64,000 nucleotides of DNA from Geosiphon pyriformis uo1 (taxonomy: Eukaryota; Fungi; Glomeromycota), in assembly GCA_016748015.1 (NCBI GenBank), contig JAAOMT010000309.1, positions 62,001 to 126,000 on the forward strand, given 5' to 3'. Below, in pieces: positions 39,301 to 51,120 of the stretch (position 1 is the stretch's first letter; each line of letters starts with the position of its first letter). Under the pieces are notes generated by a model. The model saw only the letters and a list, made by a program, of their open reading frames with translations. It ran no database searches and was not told the DNA's origin. A program made the translations under genes and the position numbers.

Positions 39301-40114
39301 TTCTAAATTTGGATTTTGCTGAGTCTGAAAGTTCGGGGTTTTAATGTCTTGGTTTTCTGAAATCAGATTCTGGTAGGTGAATTCCTAATCTTCAGCTTTT
39401 TCTTCTTCTTCCTCTTCTGATTTTGTTACCTCTTATGGGTCAGCTGTTCCAAAATTTGGTGGAGATGGTGATGATTGATATTCTAATAAGGTAGTTGATT
39501 GTGATTTAAATTCTTCAAAATAATTGCCATAGGTCCCTAATAACTCTGTTTTCTTTTGTTTACTTTGAAATTGGGAGTTGTCTAAATGTTAATGTCGCAT
39601 TTGATGTGGACATGCCTGTTGATAAAATGTTAATGATACTTTTGGGTATATAGTGGTATAATGGGTTTGTTGGTGATTCAACTTTAATTTTCTTTAAAGT
39701 GAGTAGTTGGATCTCTTTTGGTGTTGCTGTTGGTGTTTGTAGTCTTCCCTTTTCTTTGTCTGCATAGGTAATTGGGAATTGTTGTTGAGTGTACTTTTCA
39801 ATGATTTGATTGATTTCCTTGATAATTGGTGTAAAACTGTAATTTTTTGGTAAGCTGGTATGTTGAAACAATTCTGTATAAAAGTTTTCTCTTGCTGATT
39901 TAATGTCAACTGTTCTTCCTAGACAGTCTGTGATCTTTTTATTGACATAAAAGTTGAAAGTGAATTCTGCTAGATAATAGTTGTTGTTTAATCCCAGTTG
40001 TTGGCTATACTGTTGGAACAAAGATTTGGCAAATCTTAAATGGTTTGTTCCTATGTTTTCTGGTTCTGTCACTTTTGGATGATTGTTGTTGGTGCTGGTT
40101 CTCTGTAGGATTAT
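36335..40114 (-). pseudogene. gag: Family X gag (N-domain, capsid, CHYCGKQGH knuckle, Q/P-rich tail), protease and Cys-rich domain
   Basis: ORFs 39560-40072, 38428-38856, 37375-37590, 36605-36799 and 36365-36601; homologous to family Z. Confidence 0.88.
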
Positions 40115-41255
40115 ACTTCACAGAAAGCACCAAATATTATAGGTAATTATTTGGGATCTCAAAGCAAATAACAAACTCATAACTTGGTGCTCAATTGATA
40201 TAATGATAATGATTTCTGAATGTCTGGTTGATCTAAAGGTTTTGCTTATTTGAAGGTTTTGTTGTGAAGTTCTTTGTATAATAAACAGAGATTTAATAGT
40301 TGTTTTAGTAGCCTCCCAGAATCACAATTTCATCAAATTTCTTTCTTAGCTTAGTGGCTGGTAATCCTCCTAGTAAGCTATCCTCAAATTTATGAGTGTT
40401 CTACCCTTGTTTCACAGGTCTTTTACCAGTCTCTATATTCTGACATCAGTATTTTAGTGCTTAATTTTTAGAAAAATAAAGAAAATAAAAAAAATAAAAA
40501 AATAAGCCAAGACAATTTTGCAAGTTAATATCCTGTTAATAGCTGTGATTAAGAGCTATTGTTCTAGTATGGTTAAGTATAAATTACTATTAACATAAAG
40601 TGTTGATAGTGAAAAGTAGATTGAGAGATTGAATAATTATTTATTAATATTTGTGATGTGGAAGGTTGGTTAGATTAAATCTAAAAAGAGAGGTCTGTTT
40701 TTTCTACTTCTAATACTACCACTATATATACATAATTGAGATTCTTCAATTCCTCAATTCTTTACACCAGAAATCCTGGAATTCTAAAATTTTGCAATTC
40801 TTTATATGAGAATTCTGAAATTTTTGGAATCCTGCAATTCCATATTTACTATGACTACTTCTAATTGGCTAATTATATACTAATATATATTTTTTATGTT
40901 CTATGAATAACAACATTTTAGGAAAAGATAGAAAAATACCAACAAGTGATCTTTTATTTCAAGATGTTCAGATACTTAAAGATAGGGAAAAAGAAATTAG
41001 TAATAAGAGAATGATTGAGATAAAAGTTGTTATTTTATTTATTCTTGATTATTTTGAATATGTTTTTCTATAGCTAAGAGATTTATTGCTTATATAGCTA
41101 TCAAAAATAATCAATGATCAGATCAATGATTATGTCAATAGTCATGTTATTGATCAGGTTAATGATTACTATCTAAAAATAGAATGGCTAATTATATGAC
41201 ATTAGTGGCTAATACATATAATAATTAATAAGAAATATAAGTTTCAATTATAATA

Positions 41256-43770
41256 TTATATAATTATGTTAATAAAAACTTCCTTATTTGCACCAATAAA
41301 AAACAAATAACCTATCCTTAAACTAAAACTAACAATATAACTCTTTTTAATCTTCAACAACCAAGTAATATTACCTAAAATTTTAGCAAAAAAGCTGTAA
41401 ACAATATCAAACAAGAAGTTATTTTTACTTAACAAAATTTTATAATCTATGTCTATTCGAAGCTTTAAATTAAACACTTAAATTTATTTTTTATAATCAA
41501 TCACCAAGTTTTGAACAAACTTAATCAATTTAGCTGTAACTAAATTAGAATTTCTGAAAAAAAAGTTTGGTTTCTTTTAATTAATTCTTAAACACAAATT
41601 TTTTGTACAAAACTGTATACAAAATTTATATTAAAAACACATAAAACCAATAATTGAAGAACTGCAAACAAAACCAAGATTTTATTAATTAAAAACTTTC
41701 ACAATATCTTTTTGTTTGGTAAAATTGTTCATTTTCTTCATATTGCTTACAGCAAATTTTTAAATGTAATTAATTATTAAGATAAAAATAACATTAAAAA
41801 ACCTAAGCCAGTATACAACTAATTCAATCTTACTAAAACCAAATCAACTAAAATCTCAAAAACCATTATTTTTGATTTTAAGCCACTTATTTTGGTGGTT
41901 AAAACCTTTAAGCTACTAAAACTGAGATCTAATTTTCTGTTTTTTGTTGTTAAAAAAAGAAAAAAAAAACAATAATAGATTATTTAAAACCATATCTAAA
42001 TTCAACTTCAAAACTAATAATATAAAAATAACTGGAAAAAAATGTTAATAAATAATTGTCAGAAGTACCAAATCTATATTGCTCAGCTTTTACATTATAA
42101 TAGACACTTAATTAACCAAAAGCTTTAAAAAGCAATTCAAAAAAGCTAACTGATTACTAATTACAAACATATCTTAAAAACTAAAAACCACTTTGTTAAA
42201 AAGTAAAGCATCAGAAAGAGAAAATTCAGTAACAGAAAGTTCAGTAATAAAAACAAAATAAACATAAATAAAAACAGTCTTTGGAAACATTATTTGCATC
42301 CAAAACTTGCTACTAAATATAGCAAATCAGAAAATAAACATATTTTTTTTTATATAGAAGTAAGTAAACTAAATATAATTTTGGTTTAAAATAAATTTCT
42401 TATATATTTTTTTTAAATCAGAACAGAGAAACTTGAAAAATTACACTCAAAAAAAAATGTTCAAGATATCTATACTTTTTATAGCATACCAGATTTAACT
42501 TAGTTCAAGAAAGTTTTATACTACCAAATATTGACTTTATTTAAAAAACATACTTCATATTCTGATTTAACTTAAAATCAACTATAGTATAATGAATCTT
42601 ATTGTCTATTTTAAGTAATTAATTTATAATGCAAGTTTTTTTACCAGTTTTTTTTAACAAAGTATTCAGATTATATGTAGTTGTTTTTACAAAAAGTGTA
42701 AACAAAAAAGTTTTATACTGATTTTTAGACATTTATATATCTTAATTACTTATAGTTTTAACTATTTATACTGAATTTTTTCTAATTAAGAACAACTATT
42801 TAACTACTAACCAATTTTTTTTATCCAATTTGGCAAATTCTACTATAGTTTTTTACTACAGCCCAATTAGTTATATTTTAATAAACACAATTTGACCAAA
42901 TTCGACTATTGTAGTAATAATTATTTTTTTTAGCATATCTATAAAATTTTTTTGATTATTACAGCTTAATTTGAATGCATTTTTTGTTTTTTAAGATTAT
43001 TATTTATAATAAATCTTTTTTTTTTCAGCCAATAACACAGTTTTTTTTATGTTTTTTTTTGTATAAATATTGATCTAATAATTTTTTTAAATTTTGAGAA
43101 AGTAATAGTCTTTTAAAACTATTGATTATTGAAAAAATTTTTTTGATTACTTGAGTTTTTATTGTTACTAACTTGTTTTTCACAGCTAAAAGATTAATAT
43201 TTAAAGCAAAAAATTTCTTAATAGCTATTTTAACTTGAATTTTTATTATTTTAAAGTTAATTTATTTTTTGTCTAATGAAATATTAGAAAAAAATAAAAG
43301 AGAACCAATTTTTTTTTCCATATTAAAAACAAAAAAACTAAGAAAAAAGCCACAATTCAAACCAGAAATTATTTTTTTGGTCTTAAAAATAGTAATAGTT
43401 AAATCCAAAAAATGCTCTTATTAATACCAGTTATGAAATTATTGTTTTTATTATTATTAGACTTATTATTTATCTGAATAAACACTACTATCAGAACTAG
43501 ATCTAATCAAGAAAATATTTTTCTCATTACTAAAGTATTTAACATATTAAAAATAATTTTTTTTTTTGAGAAAAATAGCTTTTAATAAGATCATAAAAAG
43601 CCTTTTTGGGCATTTTTTTTAGACATACTATTATTTAAAACCGTTTCCAAGTTCACAATAAAAGAGTTATTAGCTTAAAAAATATTAAAAAATATTAAAA
43701 AAAAAAAAAAAAACTTTTTTTTTAAAATTATGCTTTTTGGAAAATTTAAAACATAGAAAAAAAAGATTTA
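41256..43770 (-). mobile_element. Strongly AT-decayed LINE (B-related) with ORF1 retained and most of ORF2 deleted
   Basis: Reverse-complement blocks match LINE B 5' UTR/ORF1 start (43590-43670), ORF1 (43170, 42820), ORF1 end and ORF2 start (41700-41930) and ORF2 C-terminus (41256-41695). Confidence 0.75.
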
Positions 43771-44635
43771 AACTTAATATAAATTAAATTATATTTGTTA
43801 ATACCAATATTAAAAATAGTAAAAAACTATTAATTTTAATTTTATAGAAAATTAACAAAAAAAATTAGTATTAAATAAGATTTTGGCTTTTTACTAATAA
43901 TAATATTACAGTTAAAACTTATACTTCTTATTAATTATCATATGTATTAATTACTGATGTCCTATAAATTAGCCACTCTATTTTTAGAAAGTGATTATTG
44001 ATCTGATTATTGACTTGATTATTAACTTAGTCATTGATCTAATTATTAACCATTTTTGATAGCTATATAAAGTAATGAATCTTTTAGCTATAGAAAAACA
44101 TAAAGAAATTAAGAAAATAAAATAAATAAAATAACACTTTTTATTTCAATCATTCTCTTATTGCTAATTTCTCTTTTTCTACTTTTAAGTATTCAAATAT
44201 TTTGGGATAAAAGATCACTTGTTGGTATTTTCCTATCTTTTTTCTGAAATATATAAGTGTAGCATTTGAAGATTATTGAATAAAATATAACTAAAAAGCA
44301 CATCTGATACTTGATATTAAATTTTAAAAGCACCAACATAAGGCATAGAATTATACCAAATATGATCATTTGTTGATAGTACAGATTATCCCTCTATCTT
44401 CAGATTCTCTGGTTATCTTTTGAAAAGAATAGTAACTGAGATATTTTATGAGACTGATCTTATACATTAAATCCATACTTATTTAATTTGCTCTTTGAAA
44501 TTGAATTCTCTTTGATTATTTCTATTACTCTACAATCTTATTCTCCCTTGCTATCCATTAGCTTGTTACTTCAACCTGTAATATAAAAGTAGTGCTCTCT
44601 GTGAGATTGTCAAATTCCACTTATTTCTCTATTGT

Positions 44636-46185
44636 ATGGGTGATTATTCATATCTGTCACAGCAATCAGAAAAACACTTTGCAGCACATAACAGAAATGA
44701 CCTAAATTTCATTGAACTTAATTCTTTGCCTTTCTGCTTGATTTGCTTCTTTATTAAAAAACAATCCAGTAGACAATTTTAAGACTTTTGGAACTGGTTT
44801 CTGAACAAACATTCAGCTGAAATTTACACAGCCTATACAACTTATTACTTTGATCAAGCTTATCTTGAAGACAACTTTGAAGAAAGAAACAACAGCATTA
44901 ATCAGCTTTTATACTCAACAACTTTTGAACAACATCCTCCTGATTTCGAATATTTGAATCATCAAATCCACTTCTGGATTGCTGCCCATCAATTAGTTAA
45001 GACTTCACTTAAAACAAAAAAAAAAGCTACCAAACTGCTCCTGTTTTTGATCTCTTCTCAAGTGAATTGGATTATTCTATTCAAACAATAACTTTTGAAC
45101 CAATGGCTAATGATCCTATACAACAAAACATTCTAATTGCTCTCTAGGACATATAAACTGCTTTGAGACAAAAAAACAATACCCCACTACTCTTATTCAG
45201 AGGTAATACACAAGATTTAATAAAATGGTTGGATGACTTTGAAAGAGCTGTCACAGCCAACCAATATGATAATGAATACAAGTTCTAAATCGTTGGTGGC
45301 TACCTTCAAGGCTCTTCTGCTACCTGGTTTTCACAAAAAACCAATGCCAATGCTCAGCAAAAAATCATTAGATGGGCACCAGCAAATTTTGAAGAAAATA
45401 ATACCTTTTTTACTATCCAGTTTAAAATAAAATTCAGAACTCCTATCTTAATATTTAAATGGTGCATAGAACTAGAAAAAAGAATCCAAAGTCCTGGTAA
45501 AGTTGTAATTGAGTATGCCAAAGCAATCAAAAAATTAATCAAGGAAGTAAATTCTGGAAGAAACTAGACAGAAGAGCAAAAGATTTATTTCTTTACAAAA
45601 GGATTGAGAACTGATCTTTCCTATGTTCTTTGGCCTCTCTTGGCATTAAAAAACAATCCCATAATGAATATGGCCATTGAACTAGCCCAACAAATTAAAG
45701 ATAACCAAAGGATGCATTTGGGATTTACACTTCCAGTTTTTGCTCTTGCTTCTGTTATGGCTCCTTCTCCACAAATGGCCGCTACCTCTTTTACTGCCCA
45801 AACTCAAAACCCAAATGAACAGTTAATAGATATACTTACAGCAAATCTTGCTTGGCTATTAAAACCATTAGCCCAAGCAGTTAAAGACAACCAGCAACCA
45901 CAAAAACCTAGATTTGAACCATGTTTTAATCAGCTTCAACAGTCTTCTTACCAAAAACAGCAAAATCATAGTCTACCTGTGTGTTACTGTTGTGAATTAA
46001 CTGGATATTTCTCAAAAGATTGCAACAATCCTCTTTTGCTTCCTCCAGCTCTCAGAAACAATAACAATCAAAACAACAGAATCATCAACAACAATATTTC
46101 CAATAAAAAACCCAATTATGCCAACATCAATTTTTTTGGAGAGGATTTCTTAGTCAAAACTACTGTTTATTAGCCTTTAAACTGA
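44636..46185 (+). pseudogene. gag: Family Y gag
   Basis: MGDYSY...; capsid KWLDDFERA...GYLQGSSATWF; knuckle CYCCELTGYFSKDC; ends TTA AAC TGA TAG. Confidence 0.88.
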
Positions 46186-49100
46186 TAGGCACACCTCCAA
46201 AAGATAAGAGTGAAAACCAATTAGAAAAAAACTTTTTTTATGCTTTTAACCTAACTGATAATAACTATGACATAAAGAAATTAGCAATCAATATCTTTGA
46301 ATCAATTAGAAAAAAGAAAAAAGCCAAAGTTAATTTTATTTTAGATCTCAACAAAGCCTTAACTTTTACTGCTAATAACTATGAACCACCAAAGGCCAAA
46401 GTTTTTAAAAATTCTCCAAAGTTAAAACCTCCAGAAATAGTACAAAAATCTGGTCCTTATTCTGTTGTCAAAGATCTTATAGAAACACCTACTCATATTA
46501 TCATTGGCCAGTTAATGACCCATCTTCAATTTAAAAAAGACTTTTACAAATTTTTAATTTCCAAGAAAAAGACACTAAAGACCAACAAGTGCCTGTATCA
46601 AGCCAGATTTGCTGACAACAGCAATGTTACTCCTCTTATTTGTAAAGTCCAAGTGGCTGATTACTTTATTTATCTGATCCTGGACAGTAGATTATCTGTT
46701 AGTGTTATTGCTAAATACTTTTTAGAAGCAATTGGCAGAAAGATTAATAAACTATTTACAAAACTAATCACCAATGTACATGGTAATAAAAAGAAAGGTC
46801 TGGGCATAACCAAAGCTATTCCTGTCCGAATTAATGGCATCAGCATTAAAACTGACATGGAAGTATCTGAAACAAAAGAATACACCATAATAGTTGATAA
46901 TGAATAATTTAAGAAAGCAAAAGTTTTGCTTGATTATAAACTCTGTGAACTAATCATTATATGTAGTAAAAAACTCATTGTTGTTAAGTGCCATTATTGG
47001 ACAATCTCTCCAGTATCTAAGCAGGATCAAAAAAAAAAACAATCAGATAAATCAGATGATAATGAAAGCAATAAAGAAAAAGATCAAGAAGAACAAAAAG
47101 AAACTGCTAAATTTGTCTATACTATCTTCACCAACAACAGCAAGCCACTGAACAATGTTAAAGCTGACAAAGAAGGAATCATGGTAAATGGCAAGCTAAT
47201 CTGCTGGCCCTACTATGATATTCTCAGAAGAATCTTTAATAGAAAGTTTGGTAAAAAAGCCAAATACAGTTATTGGTGGCATAGTTCTTGTGCTAGATGC
47301 TGGTACAATAAATCTTTGTATTCTCTTAGTAATGAATGCAAATTCTGCCTGATCTATTATAAAGATTGGGAACCAATTAATTTGATACCCAGAAAAAAAT
47401 TAAAAGAAGTACAAAAGTTTTTTGAAAATAAACCATCTGAAATCTAATCCTAGTTGTAGAACAAAGAAAATTTTCCTCTAAAAAAAAAAAAGTGAACATT
47501 GAAAATCTGTTGGCTAGAAATAGCCCAGTTATTTCAAAAGAAAGTAATGCTTTTGAACAAATCCATGTGATACAACACACTATCACCACAAAAAAAACTT
47601 GTCCCATCTATTTGAAGCCTTATTAATTCAATTGATACAATAATAAATTTATTAAAAAAAAGATAAACCAAATGAAAGATCTTGGATTCATACAAAAAAC
47701 CAAGAGTGAATGAGCTTTTCCAGTTGTAATAGTATCCAAAAAAGGTGGAACTCTATGTTTCTGTGTTGACTACTGCCAATTAAATACCATTACTATAAGA
47801 GACATATACCTACTTCCCAAAATTGATGCAATGCTAAACAAATTCAATGGTGCTGCTTTTTTCTCAATCATTGACTTAACTGCTAGATTCTGGCAAGTAG
47901 AAATAGATCCAAAAAGCAAAAAAAAAAACTGTTTTTATTACCAAGTATAGCACCTATGAATATACAGTCATGTTTTTTGGTCTCATCAATGCTTCTTTTA
48001 TCTTTCAATGTCTAATGGACAAAGTGTTTGAATCAGTAAAAAAAAACTTTGTTCTGGTCTACTTAGATGACATAATGGTCTACTCAAAAACCTGAGATGA
48101 ATACCTTAAACACATACAAAAAGTTTTTGACTTGCTCAGAAATGCTGGTTTCAAGATTAACCCAATTAAATCTTTCTTTGGATGCCAATCCATCCAGTTT
48201 CTTGGTTATCTTATTACAAAAGATGAAATCTTCCCTAACTCAGCTAAAGTTAAAAAAGTTCAAAACATTAGACAACCAATAAATGTTTCTAAACTACACT
48301 TTTTCCTTGGTTTAGTCTTTTACTATCACAAATTTATCAAAGATTTCTCCAAAATCACTTTTTTTCTAAATTAATTACTCAGAAAAAATGTCAATTATTA
48401 CTGGGGCACTCATTAACAAAAAGCTTTTGAAATTCTGAAAAAAAAATTTGTTACTAAACCAATTCTCAAACAACTTGATTTGGACTAATCTTTTATTTTC
48501 TATATTGATACATCTGGCTATGAACTTAGTGCTGTCCTTTCACAAAAAGATGAAGATGACAGAAAACATGCTATAACATATGCCAGTAGATCCCTTATAT
48601 CAGCAAAAAAAAATTATTCAGTAACTGAACAAGAATATTTAGCAGTAGTTTGGACTATTAGTTACTGGGATTAATATCTTCTTGGTGCAAAATTCTTAGT
48701 GGTAACAAATTATCAAGTCTTGGTTTGGCTGTGCAATAAAAAAAAGCTGGAACACAAATGAATAACTTGCTAAATACTCCACTTGAATGAATTTGACTAT
48801 GATATTCAACACCACAAAAGAACAAATCATCAAAATGCTGACACTCTTTTTAAACTTACTATTTAGTAATAGTACAACTTTTTGAACCAAATCAACTTAA
48901 TTATTAGTAACTTTTTCACAAACAAACACGATAATAGACTTAGACAACTATTTTGCCTTAATAAAATTTTTGGGTAAAGGACAATATTCACCAGAATACA
49001 CTTGACAGCAAAGAGAACATTTGCACAAATAATTAAATTTCTATTTGATTTGCCAGAACCAGTTATATAAAAAAATAGAAAAGATTCTAACTGCCTTCAG

Positions 49101-50246
49101 AAAGTCATCAGATTTGAAGAAAAAGAAATTGTAATATACAACATGCACACTAATTCATTAGCTAGACACTTTGAAAAAACAAAAACAATTCAAAAAACTT
49201 TATCTCATTATTATTGGCCTATCTTGGGAAAAAACATTGCTAAATACATCAAAACCTGTGACATCTGCCAAAAAAAAGGCAAACCCAATTGCAAAGAAAA
49301 TATCTATCCAATCTCTGTTGATCAACCATTTGACAAAATTGATATAGATGTTGTTGAACCTTTAACAATAACTCTTGATGGCAACAAATATATTATCACA
49401 GCTATTAACTATTTTACAAAATGAGTAGAAGCAAAAGCCACTTCTGACCAAATAGCAGTCTCAATAGCCAATTTCATTTATGAAAATATTATTTGTCATT
49501 ATGGCTGTCCCAAAGAACTTTTATTTGATAGAGAAAGAGCTTTTCTTAGTACACTGGTTAAAGAACTTTGTAGAAAAATGAAAATACATTATAAACTTTC
49601 CTTTTCTTATTACCCCTAAACAAATGGCCTAATAAAATGTTTTAATAGAACATTATGTAAAACTCTAGCCAAAACCAGTGAAAAAACAAACTTATGAGAC
49701 AAAGTACTGCTTTTAGCTTTGTTTGCTTATAGAACTGTAAATCATGACATAACAAGTTATGAACCTTTTTATTTATTCTATAAACGCATGGTAACACTAT
49801 CAATAAAAATTAACATTGAGACAATACCCTTTGAAAAGATCACAATAAGAAATTACAAAGACATTTTGCAAAGAAGACTTGGTACTATTCTTAACTTCTT
49901 AGTAGAAGCATGAATAATTGCTTTTGAAAAGATAAAACAGTTCCAAAAAAAGCTTAAGAAAAAGAAAATCTATAAAACACTTTTTTTAAGTGTTGGTGAC
50001 TTGGTATTGAAATACTGTTTAGACAGAAACAATGTCTATGGTGATAAATTCTCTAACCAGTAGAAAAAACCCTTTATAATCAACAAAGTTTTGAACAATA
50101 GTTCTTATATTCTTCAAGATCAATCTAGAACAATCTTCAATGATCATCCTGTTCATAGTATATGACTCAAAAAATATCATAAACGACCTGATTGGTTGCC
50201 TGTTGTGATAATACTGACTCAAATGATTAGTAAAAATCAAGTATAA
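46176..50246 (+). pseudogene. pol: Family Y pol (PR, small Cys-rich insert, RT, RNase H, IN) starting in the -1 frame
   Basis: LILDSRLSV protease; FCVDY and YLDD (~48060) RT; HTNSLARH..CDIC integrase. Confidence 0.9.
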
Positions 50247-50287
50247 ATAAATACACCATTCTCAAAACAGAGGTATCTTTAATTAAC

Positions 50288-50944
50288 ATGAACAATTATT
50301 TTCTGAATTAAAACATTCAAAATGTTTTCTATACTTTCTATAAGTATTGAATCAAAAACTATCCAAATGCTATTCTGACTATTGGAAAACAGACCACTAT
50401 AACTGATAACAATGGAACACATACTGTTATTAGACCAAAGAAAACTACTACCAAAAGAGAAAAAATTGGTAGCAAAATAGATAAGTATCTGCTAAAAAGC
50501 ATAACAGTAACAATACTTGTACTTTCTATTACAATTGGAAAAATGATTAAGGAAATTTTGCCCATAGACAAAAACTTGTCATATAGAAGACAACTAAAAC
50601 TCTATAGTTGCCTTGGTGAAATCATAGAAAACATAAAGCTCATGAAGAAAACAACTTTTGAGATACAAGTAGAAATTTTGGGCATTATACAATTAGATGT
50701 TCCAAAAGTTTTGATCATTGCAAGAAGAGCCAAAATTTTTATACAAAAATTTGGTCTTTTAAATACAAAGCTCATTTCACCTTAAGTTCTATACACTATA
50801 TCTACAAAAGACTTTAACAGACTAATTAGTTTTGAATTAGATAAAACTCTTCAAATAGATTACTCTATAAATAACTTGATTTTGCCAGAGCTCAATCTTT
50901 TTGAAGAAGATGATGTTACAGTTAAAACTTATACTTTTTATTAA
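50288..50944 (+). pseudogene. Family Y extra 3' ORF of unknown function (~218 aa), running through the PPT into the LTR
   Basis: Single frame from ATG 50288 with three stops (TAA, TGA, TAA) explicable by C>T; second copy at 9087-9743. Confidence 0.65.
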
Positions 50945-51002
50945 TTATTACATGTATTAGTTACTGATGTTATATAAATAAGCTATTCTATTTTTAGAAA
51001 GT

Positions 51003-51120
51003 GATCATTGACTTAATCAATAACCTGACCATTGACCTGATCATTAACCTGATTATTGATCTGATCAATGACCTGATTATTAACCTGATCATTGATCTAT
51101 TCATTGACTTGATTATTAAC
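51003..51120 (+). repeat. 12-bp tandem array (TGACCTGATCAT consensus) in family Y LTR
   Basis: About 9 units here and at ~9805-9920; fewer at ~43990-44050; reverse copies at ~24850-24955 and ~41110-41170. Confidence 0.85.

Larger units (their letters stand above)
30876..40912 (-). mobile_element. Full-length decayed family X Ty3/Gypsy element (~10 kb) with dUTPase
   Basis: LTRs 30876-31742 (TGTTAC...GTAACA) and 40135-40912; PBS 40118-40132; PPT 31743-31757; order gag-PR-Cys-rich-dUTPase-RT-RNH-IN-extra ORF; 4-bp TSD atat/acat. Confidence 0.95.
25087..41255 (-). mobile_element. Family Y Ty3/Gypsy element, minus strand: internal region 25087-30540; 5' LTR split into 30541-30875 and 40913-41255 by element X
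   Basis: gag ~30489-28940 with CYHCRLTEHFSRDC; protease, RT (YLDD at ~27062-27073), RNase H, integrase in gypsy order; PBS at ~30519-30535. Confidence 0.92.
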
